A stretch of 64,000 nucleotides of DNA, taken from NCBI GenBank assembly GCA_964387325.1, contig CAYLYE010000002.1, forward strand, positions 17,911 to 81,910. The letters run 5' to 3'. Below the pieces are notes generated by a model. That model saw only the letters and a list, made by a program, of their open reading frames with translations, was not told the DNA's origin and searched no databases. Numbering within the stretch: position 1 is the stretch's first letter; every line of letters begins with the position of its first letter. The stretch is from an uncultured Planctomycetaceae bacterium. GTDB taxonomy: Bacteria; Planctomycetota; Planctomycetia; Pirellulales; PNKZ01. Positions 17,894 to 26,096 of this stretch are shown in pieces. A program made the translations under genes and the position numbers.

Positions 17894-19030
17894 TCAAAGG
17901 CCCATCACCTCGGCCAGTTTTACGAGGCGGCTTTTTTCGCCCATCGATTTGACCCCCGCGTGAATAATGGCGGTCACTTCGAGAATCTCCTGATGGGGCA
18001 CCGGCTCGACACCCGTCATCACCATCCGCCGAAAGGTGTCCGCCTGATTGAGCATCTGGTAGTGATGCCCATACCAGTAATGATCTTCAATCGCCGGTGA
18101 GTAGGTGTACACCTTCTTGGCAAAGAAGGCGGTCGTCGAAGAGTACCGCGGGCCAGCATCGGGGCGACCGCACCACACTTCGGCCGGCGGCTTGTCGGGA
18201 TACGTAATGAGCAGATGACAGGTATTACCATACTCGTACATGTTGACGGCCTCGACCCCCGCACCGCACAGGGTCATCACCATCCACACCGGATGCTGGC
18301 CATAAATGACCCAGCGGTCGTAGTCATGCGCGCCGGCCTGCGAGGCGAGCACATATTGCAGTGGCCCATACTCGCCCGAGGCTTTCATACGCAACGTTTC
18401 TTCGGTTCCCCATTGATAGCGATAGATGCTCGACGACATCAGAGGCGCTTTGTGCTGACGAGCAAATTCGAGAATCTTGCGTGTGCCGGCCACCGACGCG
18501 CCGATCGGCTTGTCGCAGAACGTGGGGAGCCCGCGCTCCAGGCCCGGAGCACAAAGATCGAAATGATCTTCGCCATAACCGCTGGCGTCGCCCACCCACA
18601 CGGCATCGACCTCTTTAACCATTTGCTCCAGAGATGTGCAGACCTGCACGCCCGGAAACGCCTCGCAGAAAATCTTGGCAATTTCCGGATCTTGTTCGTA
18701 GTAATGTGAAATCACCGTATTGCCAAACGGCCAGCGGTTGAACGTCATCTGCGGGTTGCGTAGGTAGTTGTGAAACAACTGCACCGTGCCGGGATCTTTG
18801 TACTTCTTGATCGCATCGAGATTGCACTCGGGATGAAAATACTGAGCAAAGTGCCACGTGTGACCATTGAGCCGCTGCGCCTTACCTTGAATGCGAGCCG
18901 AGACCACGCCAATCTTCAAAACCTTGTCTGGCTTGGTCGCCGTTTCGGCAGCAGGAGCATTCGGGGCAAGAAATTGCGAACCGGCCGCAAGGGCCGCCGC
19001 AGAGAGTAACTGTCGACGCTGTGGATTCAT
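17894..19030 (-). CDS. Gfo/Idh/MocA-family oxidoreductase, Tat signal
   Basis: The ORF runs to 19069 (TTG). Met14 (ATG 19030-19028) opens 'MNPQRRQLLSAAALAAGSQFLAPNAPAAE' (twin-arginine). 'LKIGVVS' lies at the Rossmann start. Length and overall pattern match periplasmic Gfo/Idh/MocA-like proteins. Confidence 0.75.
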   Translation of the reverse strand: MNPQRRQLLSAAALAAGSQFLAPNAPAAETATKPDKVLKIGVVSARIQGKAQRLNGHTWHFAQYFHPECNLDAIKKYKDPGTVQLFHNYLRNPQMTFNRWPFGNTVISHYYEQDPEIAKIFCEAFPGVQVCTSLEQMVKEVDAVWVGDASGYGEDHFDLCAPGLERGLPTFCDKPIGASVAGTRKILEFARQHKAPLMSSSIYRYQWGTEETLRMKASGEYGPLQYVLASQAGAHDYDRWVIYGQHPVWMVMTLCGAGVEAVNMYEYGNTCHLLITYPDKPPAEVWCGRPDAGPRYSSTTAFFAKKVYTYSPAIEDHYWYGHHYQMLNQADTFRRMVMTGVEPVPHQEILEVTAIIHAGVKSMGEKSRLVKLAEVMGL

Positions 19031-19204
19031 GGGATAAAATCTGCGCGAAAGGGTGAAGTTCAAATGCAAGCATCTAGCAGTCTAACTGCGACCCGCGAGA
19101 GTGACAACAAAATCGATCCATGTGACGCACCGGACTCCGCATGTAGAATTCAACGTCTTGATTCGTAGTCACTCCCTCACCCGCTCGACTCTGGTTGGTT
19201 CACT

Positions 19205-20251
19205 GTGCTTGGTCTCCATCGCACTGAAGTCGTTAATCTGATTTCCCACTGGGAGTTTCCTCTCGCACATGCGGCGCGGCTCTGGCGATATGTTTATGTC
19301 GATAACATGCAAGACTTCTCCGCGATGATCGACTTGCCCGTGTTATTACGCCAGCGGCTCGCTCAAGACGTCTCCTGGAAGCTACCCCGGCTCGTGCAGG
19401 AAGTTCGCAGCGACGATCAACGCACGCGCAAGTTTCTGCTGGCACTCGTCGACGGAGTTGTCATCGAGACAGTACTCATGCAGCAGCGCAACCGCTGGAC
19501 GGTCTGCCTCAGCTCCCAGGCTGGCTGTCCACTCGGCTGTGTGTTTTGCGCCACCGGTCAAGCTGGCTTCACTCGAAACCTGACCTCCGCCGAGATCGTG
19601 TCGCAAGTCCTATTCAGCGAGCAGGTTCTCCGTTGCGAATCGTTAGGCCATGTGCGCAACGTGGTCGTCATGGGCATGGGCGAACCATTACTCAATTACG
19701 ACGCGATGCTCAAGGCTCTCGATATCCTGCACGATCCCGGCGGACTAGCGCTCGGCGGCAAGCAGATCACTCTGAGTACGGTCGGCGTCGTGCCAGGCAT
19801 CATCCAACTCGCCGACGAGCGACGTCCTTACTCGCTGGCGGTCTCGCTACATGCGGCCACCCAAGCAGATCGGGCAGAGCTACTGCCCGTTGCGCGGACT
19901 TGGCCGCTCGACGAGTTGCTCGACGCCTGCCGTTACTATACGCGGCAACTCGATCGCCGAGTCTTCATCGAGTGGACGTTGATCGCTGGCCAGAACGACT
20001 CGGTCGATACCGCACGACAGTTGGCCGAGTTGCTCCATAAACTGCCCGCGCAGGTCAATTTAATTCCGCTCAATCGGACGCGCGGTTACGACGGCGCCCC
20101 GGGCGAGCCCGACATGGTCGAGCGGTTTCATCGCACCCTGCGCGATCGTGGCCTGAAGGTGAGCGTCCGTCAGCGGCGGGGCATCGACATTGCCGCCGGT
20201 TGCGGTCAACTTGCCGGTATGGTGTCGTTGAGCGACTCCGTTTCGCAGTAA
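19205..20251 (+). CDS. rlmN: 23S rRNA/tRNA (adenine-C2)-methyltransferase RlmN (radical SAM)
   Basis: 348 aa. Radical-SAM cluster motif 'GCPLGCVFCATG' (CxxxCxxC), 'VVMGMGEPLLNYD', 'TLSTVG', 'LAVSLHA', and 'NLIPLN' with the C-terminal 'IDIAAGCGQL'. Confidence 0.9.
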   Translation: MLGLHRTEVVNLISHWEFPLAHAARLWRYVYVDNMQDFSAMIDLPVLLRQRLAQDVSWKLPRLVQEVRSDDQRTRKFLLALVDGVVIETVLMQQRNRWTVCLSSQAGCPLGCVFCATGQAGFTRNLTSAEIVSQVLFSEQVLRCESLGHVRNVVVMGMGEPLLNYDAMLKALDILHDPGGLALGGKQITLSTVGVVPGIIQLADERRPYSLAVSLHAATQADRAELLPVARTWPLDELLDACRYYTRQLDRRVFIEWTLIAGQNDSVDTARQLAELLHKLPAQVNLIPLNRTRGYDGAPGEPDMVERFHRTLRDRGLKVSVRQRRGIDIAAGCGQLAGMVSLSDSVSQ

Positions 20252-20365
20252 AGATCGCCATTCCGGATCGATCCATCTGGCCAGTTTGGCAGCTCTCTCA
20301 CCGTTATGCTACGATAACCACTTCGATCGCTTTTCAGTTTTTCTGGCAGAACTCTCTGCCTTCCG

Positions 20366-22390
20366 ATGGTGTGTTTGTCGATCAGGTGCCACATGCGATG
20401 CATGGTGTCGTTCCGTGTCCTGGGGATAGCCGTAGCTACACTGGGACTGCTTGTTGACCTCGCCTCAGCAGCCTCGCCGCAGAGCAAAAGCCTGCCTTGG
20501 TCGTTCAAGCCGATTGCGAATCCCAAACCGCCACAGGTCAGCCAGGCGAATTGGGCCCGAGATGATCTCGATCGTTTCGTGCTCGCGACACTCGAACAGC
20601 AGAAGCTTGTCCCCAACCGCGATGCTGATCGCTACGTGCTAATGCGTCGCGTGACACTCGATCTTACCGGCTTGCCTCCGAGCGAGGATCAGATCGCCGC
20701 GTTCCTCGCCGATCGATCGAATGACGATCAGGCGCTGGCTAAAGTTGTCGATCGACTCCTGACTTCACCGCGCTTTGGCGAACGATGGGCGCGTCACTGG
20801 CTCGATGTGGTGCATTACGCCGACAGTGCCGGCAGGACTTTTAATCCACCGCTGACGTATGCTTGGCGCTACCGCGACTACGTGATCGACGCCTTCAATC
20901 AAGACAAGCCTTACGATCGCTTCGTGCTCGAACAACTCAGCGGCGATTTGCTGCCCGCCAAGACTCTTGCCGAACGCCGCGAGAATCTCGTCGCCACGGG
21001 CATGCTCGCACTCACGGCTTTTGATCTGCAAGCGCTCGACTCGCGGCAGTATGAGATGGACTGCATCGACGATCAGATCGACGTGCTCTCGCGGACATTT
21101 TTGGGGCTGACGATCGCCTGTGCCCGTTGTCACGACCACAAGTACGACCCGGTAAGCACACGCGATTATTACGCCCTGGCGGGCATATTCTACAGCTCAC
21201 GGTCCCGGCCCGGGGTCTCGTATCGCGGCTCGGGCAATGGCTACGTCGATCATGAAGAGTTGATCACGCTCCCCATTGCGCTGGGGACCAAAGCGGTCGC
21301 TGCGAAGCTCGTGCCGGGGGTCCATTCGATGAACGACTACAACGATGAGTGGCGGACAGGCAAACGCAACATCCGTTATACGACCGATCCGAATTTGTGC
21401 ATCGGGCTCGCCGACGACGAGATCAACGACTGTGCGATACGAGTGAAGGGGGACCCGCACGATCATGGCGAGACACCGTCACGCGGCGACCTACGTATTC
21501 CCGCGCTGCCGCGCATGACCCGACCTGGCAGTCAATCCAGCGGACGACTGGAACTGGCCAAATGGATCACGTCGCGCGATCATCCGCTCACGGCGCGGGT
21601 CATAACCAATCGCGTCTGGCAACACCTGTTTGGGCGTGGTCTCGTATCGACGAGTGACGACTTTGGCGTGATGAGCGAGCCCCCATCGCATCCTGAACTG
21701 CTCGACTTTTTATCGCGGCGGTTGATGGACCAGGGGTGGTCGCTCAAAAAGCTGATTCGCTCGATCGTGCTAAGCCGGACCTATCGACTCAGCAGCGATA
21801 CCGTCGGCACGACGGCCAAGGACACGGATGCCGACAATCGTTACTACTGGCGCGCCAATCTACGTCGTCTCGAGTTCGAACCGCTCCGTGACAGCCTATT
21901 GTTCGTTGCCGGGCGGTTGTCGTTCGATCGGCCCGAGGGGGTGCAAGTGACGGGCATTGGTGGCAAGAGCAACAAGACCTCGGTAGCCAGCGTGCTCGAT
22001 CTCGACGACTCGTGCCGTACCGTCTATTTGCCCGTGATCCGCTCGCGACTGCCCGACTCGTATGGCACGTTCGACTTTCCTGACCCGTGCCAGATCGTGG
22101 GTCAACGTGAGGTGACGACCGTCGCGCCGCAGGCCTTGTTCTTCATGAACAATCGGCTCGTGTCGAACTGTGCGGCCGAGGTGGTCGACGAACTGGCCAA
22201 GTCGGCCAAGCCGAACGACGCCGCGCGGGTCAACTCGTTGTATCTACGATTGCTGGGGCGACCTGCTACGGCAGACGAGCTGCGCGACGTGGCTGGACTA
22301 TTGCCGAGCCTAGCTTCGTCGCCAGCCGAAAATTGGACGACGCTCGTACAAGCGTTGTTGTGCAGCGCCCCGTTTCGTTATGTGCGATAA
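20366..22390 (+). CDS. DUF1549 (PSCyt2) + DUF1553 (PSD1) protein, no N-terminal CxxCH domain
   Basis: 674 aa; the likely true start is Met13 at 20402, giving the signal MVSFRVLGIAVATLGLLVDLASA. Motifs 'WSFKP', '[13 protein letters not shown]', '[18 protein letters not shown]', '[12 protein letters not shown]', 'HPLTARVITNRVWQHLFGRGLV.TSDDFG'. Confidence 0.9.
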   Translation: MVCLSIRCHMRCMVSFRVLGIAVATLGLLVDLASAASPQSKSLPWSFKPIANPKPPQVSQANWARDDLDRFVLATLEQQKLVPNRDADRYVLMRRVTLDLTGLPPSEDQIAAFLADRSNDDQALAKVVDRLLTSPRFGERWARHWLDVVHYADSAGRTFNPPLTYAWRYRDYVIDAFNQDKPYDRFVLEQLSGDLLPAKTLAERRENLVATGMLALTAFDLQALDSRQYEMDCIDDQIDVLSRTFLGLTIACARCHDHKYDPVSTRDYYALAGIFYSSRSRPGVSYRGSGNGYVDHEELITLPIALGTKAVAAKLVPGVHSMNDYNDEWRTGKRNIRYTTDPNLCIGLADDEINDCAIRVKGDPHDHGETPSRGDLRIPALPRMTRPGSQSSGRLELAKWITSRDHPLTARVITNRVWQHLFGRGLVSTSDDFGVMSEPPSHPELLDFLSRRLMDQGWSLKKLIRSIVLSRTYRLSSDTVGTTAKDTDADNRYYWRANLRRLEFEPLRDSLLFVAGRLSFDRPEGVQVTGIGGKSNKTSVASVLDLDDSCRTVYLPVIRSRLPDSYGTFDFPDPCQIVGQREVTTVAPQALFFMNNRLVSNCAAEVVDELAKSAKPNDAARVNSLYLRLLGRPATADELRDVAGLLPSLASSPAENWTTLVQALLCSAPFRYVR

Positions 22391-22403
22391 CTTCGTGTGA
22401 AAG

Positions 22404-23798
22404 ATGAACTGGACAACCTTCATGCCTCACCATCGATCGTTGCCTCGCAGCGACTCGCGTCGCCGCTTGCTACAGCAAACGGCCACCGGATTTGGTTGGT
22501 TGGCGCTGCAGGCGCTCGCCACCGAGTCGGCTCGCGCAGCCGAACCGCGCTACCGCTCGCCACTGGCTCCCAAGGAGCCCCACTATCAGCCCCGGGCCAA
22601 GCGCGTGATCTTCCTGTTCATGGCCGGAGGACCATCACACCTGGACACGTTTGATTGGAAGCCCGAACTGGCCCGCGTGGGGCGTGGAGGGGGCAAAAGT
22701 CAATTGCTCGCACCGGTCGTCGACTTCGCCCCGGCCGGCAAGAGCGGCATTCACATGGCCACGATCTTTCCACACTTGTCCCGGCATGCCGATGATCTAT
22801 GCTTGCTCAACGGCGTTACGACCGGCAACCCGGGCCATCAACAAGCGACCGTCGCACTCCACACCGGTAGCGAGAATTTTGTCCGCCCCTCGCTCGGTGC
22901 CTGGGTCACCTACGGCCTGGGGACCGAGGCCCAGGATCTGCCCGGCTTCGTTACGATCGATCCGATCAACGATCTCGGCGGGGCAATGAACTACGGCTCG
23001 GCGTTTTTGCCCGCCAGCTACCAAGGCACGCGGCTCGGAGCAGGGCAGGGGAGTGTCCCCAACATTGCCAACCGTCGCCTCGACAGCGCCGAGCAGCGCC
23101 GGCAACTCGACTTCGTGCAGCGCACCAATCGCCGACTGCTCGACCAGTTGCCCGACAACCCCGAGCTCGAAGGACTCATCGAGTCGTACGAGCTGGCCTT
23201 CAAGATGCAAACCTCGGTCCCTGACACGCTCAGTTTCGACAACGAGCCCGACTCGATTCGCGAACTCTACGGTCTCGACGACGGCGAAACTCGCAACTTC
23301 GCCTCACAATGCCTGATGGCGCGACGGTTAGCCGAGAAAGGGGTGCGATTCATTCAGCTCACCAGCCCCGGTTGGGACCACCATAACAACCTCCGCGAGC
23401 ACATCACGCGCGGCGCCACCTCGATCGACAAACCAATCGCCGGGCTGATTGCCGACCTCAAACAGCGTGACATGCTTAAAGACACGCTGATCGTCTGGGG
23501 AGGCGAGTTCGGCCGCACGGCGCGTGACGACAAAGGAGACGGCAACGGTCGCGGACATGCCAACAAGGGGTTCTCAATGTGGATGGCCGGCGGCGGTGTG
23601 AAAGGGGGCCTGCGCTACGGCAAGACCGACGAGCTGGGCGAGGTCGCCGTCGAGGGAACGATGGATACGCATGATGTCCACGCCACGATTTTATATCTGC
23701 TTGGCCTCGACCACGAAGGGCTCACCTATCGCTACGCCGGCCGCGACTTCCGGTTGACCGACACGAAAGGGAAAGTCCATCGCGGGATTTTGAGTTAA
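22404..23798 (+). CDS. DUF1501 protein, Tat signal
   Basis: 464 aa. 'SDSRRRLLQQTATGFGWLALQALA' (twin-arginine), 'KRVIFLFMAGGPSHLDTFDWKP', '[10 protein letters not shown]', 'GRGHA', 'MWMAGGGV'. It starts 13 nt after the upstream gene. Confidence 0.9.
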   Translation: MNWTTFMPHHRSLPRSDSRRRLLQQTATGFGWLALQALATESARAAEPRYRSPLAPKEPHYQPRAKRVIFLFMAGGPSHLDTFDWKPELARVGRGGGKSQLLAPVVDFAPAGKSGIHMATIFPHLSRHADDLCLLNGVTTGNPGHQQATVALHTGSENFVRPSLGAWVTYGLGTEAQDLPGFVTIDPINDLGGAMNYGSAFLPASYQGTRLGAGQGSVPNIANRRLDSAEQRRQLDFVQRTNRRLLDQLPDNPELEGLIESYELAFKMQTSVPDTLSFDNEPDSIRELYGLDDGETRNFASQCLMARRLAEKGVRFIQLTSPGWDHHNNLREHITRGATSIDKPIAGLIADLKQRDMLKDTLIVWGGEFGRTARDDKGDGNGRGHANKGFSMWMAGGGVKGGLRYGKTDELGEVAVEGTMDTHDVHATILYLLGLDHEGLTYRYAGRDFRLTDTKGKVHRGILS

Positions 23799-23817
23799 TA
23801 TCTCGACTGCGTATAAT
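23790..23817 (+). promoter_or_regulatory. candidate sigma70-type promoter (TTGAGT-16-TATAAT)
   Basis: TTGAGT at 23790-23795 (overlapping the DUF1501 stop), a 16-nt spacer, and a perfect TATAAT at 23812-23817, 41 nt upstream of ATG 23858. Confidence 0.3.
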
Positions 23818-23857
23818 GGCTTGATCGAGTCGTAACTTGTGCTGAAGTAGGTGACTC

Positions 23858-24070
23858 ATGGATCGCGAAACGATCGCTCGACTGATGCAACGCCAGCCAT
23901 TCGAGCCCTTTGAATTACACGTATCGAGCGGCGAAACTTATCGAGTGCGGCACCCTGAATTGGCCGTGCTAGGAAAAGCCAAGATCATCATTGTTGATCC
24001 CGAGACGGACACCGTCGATATCGTCGGCTTGTTGCATGTCACACGTGTGCGAACCATGCAACCCGTTTAG
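23858..24070 (+). CDS. small hypothetical protein (70 aa)
   Basis: ATG preceded by AGGTG. The sequence 'QRQPFEPFELHVSSGETYRVRHPELAVLGKAKIIIVDPETD' resembles small conserved hypothetical proteins I cannot name. No domain assigned. Confidence 0.5.
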   Translation: MDRETIARLMQRQPFEPFELHVSSGETYRVRHPELAVLGKAKIIIVDPETDTVDIVGLLHVTRVRTMQPV

Positions 24071-24167
24071 GTCTGTTCCATCGGTCATGCACGGAGTGCA
24101 TGACCTACTAGTCTACGCAAGCCGTATCGGACCTCGTGGGTACGTTAGCGGGAGAGTGGAACATCAT

Positions 24168-24563
24168 ATGTCACGAAATAAAGACGGAATATGGTATTGG
24201 CTGATCATATTGGGCGCAGTCGTAACTCCCATAGGGATTGTGCTCGAATATGCCTGGCCATTTTCTGAAACGAACGTATCGGTCCATAACACGGGTCATA
24301 CCGTGATTCAGTCAGTCGTGATCCATATAGGCAGGCGTTCCTACTACATTGGCGACATTGCTCCGGACAGTTCGGCTAGTATCGATGCTAAATCGTACAT
24401 CAAAGAGGATGTGGACGTTGAGTTTGTGACCGAAGATGGAAAACAACAGAGACTTCATGTTGGCCATTTCGGTGGACTAGATGGAGCGGATAGTGAATCC
24501 ATTCGGTTTCAACTGAAGGATGGGGAAATCGTAGGCTCTGAACATCTGTTAGGATATTATTGA
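24168..24563 (+). CDS. hypothetical membrane-anchored protein (131 aa) in an AT-richer islet
   Basis: The ORF track starts at 23991, but ATG 24168 is preceded by GGAGAG (24151-24156). It opens 'MSRNKDGIWYWLIILGAVVTPIGIVLEYAW' (one TM helix). Local GC was 47% in the two 60-nt lines I counted. Confidence 0.5.
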   Translation: MSRNKDGIWYWLIILGAVVTPIGIVLEYAWPFSETNVSVHNTGHTVIQSVVIHIGRRSYYIGDIAPDSSASIDAKSYIKEDVDVEFVTEDGKQQRLHVGHFGGLDGADSESIRFQLKDGEIVGSEHLLGYY

Positions 24564-24598
24564 CATTTGCGAGCATAATTTGAATTGAAAAACGTCGT

Positions 24599-25786
24599 TC
24601 AATAATCGGCAATCGACCCGTCGGGGTACCGGCCGCGGGTGGGCCACTCGGGCGTGCGGGGCAGCTTGTTTAACTCGGCTAATCGCGCTTCGTCAATCTC
24701 GCAGCCGATGCCGGGTTCGGTCGGCAGCGAAGCATAGCCCGCCTCGTCGACCGTCCAACTCTTCTTGACCAAGCCCTTGGGGGTGATGCTCGGGTAGTAC
24801 TCGTGGATCAGGAAGTACGGCACCGACGCGCTGGCGTGCAAACTGGCGGTCATCCCCAGGTCGGTCGTCACGCAGTGCGGGGCAATCGGCACCTGATACG
24901 CCTCGCCGAGCGTGGCGATCTTTTTGAGCTGCGATATGCCACCCGTGTGCGCGCAGTCGACTTGCAGAATATCGGCGCAGCCTTCCTGCAAGTACGTGAT
25001 CACGTCCCAAATGGTGCGGGCCTGCTCACCGACAGCCAGCGGAATGTTGATCGCTTGCTTGAGTCGCTTGAACACCTCGATATTGCCCGGCACGGCGGGC
25101 TCTTCGATGTAGAGCAGATCGTACGGTTTGACGGCCGAGGCGAACTGGATCAGGAACGGCGGCGGCATCGCACAGTGGGCGTCGAACATGACGAGTCCAT
25201 CGGACCCCACCTGTTGCCGAGCCCGCTCGATCATTTTGACAAAGCCCTCGATCTGGGCCGGCGTGCCCGAGAAGGGTTGCGGCCCCGCGCCGACTTTAGT
25301 GGCCTTGGCCGAGGGATACACGCGAACCTTGTCGCGCGTCGGGCCACCGAGTAGCCGATAGACGGGTACCCCCCAGAGCTTGCCCGTGATGTCCCACAGC
25401 GCCATGTCGATGCCGGCGAGCGTGTGGGTCATGAAGGGGCCACCGCGAATGTCTCGATGCGAGCGATAAATTTTCTGCCAGAGGTACTCGATGCGTGTGG
25501 GATTCTCACCGTCGATCAACTCGAACAGCGAATGGACGAGTGCCGAGGCGACGTTGACTTCAAGCTGATCGATCTCGCCCCAACCGGTGACACCATGGTT
25601 GGTCTCCAGTTTGATATACACCTTGCGATTGAAAGGGATCGGCGTGATTTTTGTGATCTTGATGGTCGATGTGCGGTCGGTCACGTTGGCGGCCGGGTTG
25701 TCGGCGGCGCTGATCGAGTCGGCAAGGATCGTCTGGGCGGCGGCGACCGTCCCGAGCGAGGTGAGTAACTGGCGGCGATTCCACAT
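24599..25786 (-). CDS. enolase-superfamily enzyme (mandelate racemase / D-galactonate dehydratase-like) with Tat signal
   Basis: The ORF runs to 25957. Met58 (ATG 25786-25784) opens 'MWNRRQLLTSLGTVAAAQTILADSISAA'. Core motifs: 'KLETNHGVTGWGE', 'MFDAHCA', 'YIEEP', 'LAVGEQ', 'DCAHTGGIS'. Confidence 0.85.
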   Translation of the reverse strand: MWNRRQLLTSLGTVAAAQTILADSISAADNPAANVTDRTSTIKITKITPIPFNRKVYIKLETNHGVTGWGEIDQLEVNVASALVHSLFELIDGENPTRIEYLWQKIYRSHRDIRGGPFMTHTLAGIDMALWDITGKLWGVPVYRLLGGPTRDKVRVYPSAKATKVGAGPQPFSGTPAQIEGFVKMIERARQQVGSDGLVMFDAHCAMPPPFLIQFASAVKPYDLLYIEEPAVPGNIEVFKRLKQAINIPLAVGEQARTIWDVITYLQEGCADILQVDCAHTGGISQLKKIATLGEAYQVPIAPHCVTTDLGMTASLHASASVPYFLIHEYYPSITPKGLVKKSWTVDEAGYASLPTEPGIGCEIDEARLAELNKLPRTPEWPTRGRYPDGSIADY

Positions 25787-26096
25787 GATGCCATTCCTGA
25801 ATAGGGCAGGGGAGGAGCGTGTCGGATGGTGCCGGCGATTGTAAGCGGAACGGGGGGAGCGAGGGAAGAATTTTTGCTTCGAGCGGCTCGATCCAGCCGA
25901 GCCGCTTGACGTTAGTCCCCGGATTACGTAGCGAATGAATAATGGTCGACGGGGCAATCTTATCCGGGGGCTCGCGCCCCTGGCTCGGTGGAGATAGCCC
26001 CTCGATTTGTTGTTGTCATGCGAGACGTTTTAGACCAAAATATAGGTCCTGCCTGAGTGGTCCGTTTCCCGCCTTCGGTTCTTCGATCTGCACTGT

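Noticed and set aside
25787-25957. N-terminal extensions suggested by the longest-ORF track: 5188-5289, 19031-19069, 23991-24167, 25787-25957, 37377-37547, 46382-46474, 49011-49094 and 59779-59982.
   Set aside because: In each case an internal start codon opens a signal peptide, Tat motif or lipobox, or overlaps the upstream stop (ATGA), often behind a GGAG-type SD. The upstream extension is Arg/Pro-rich with no motif.
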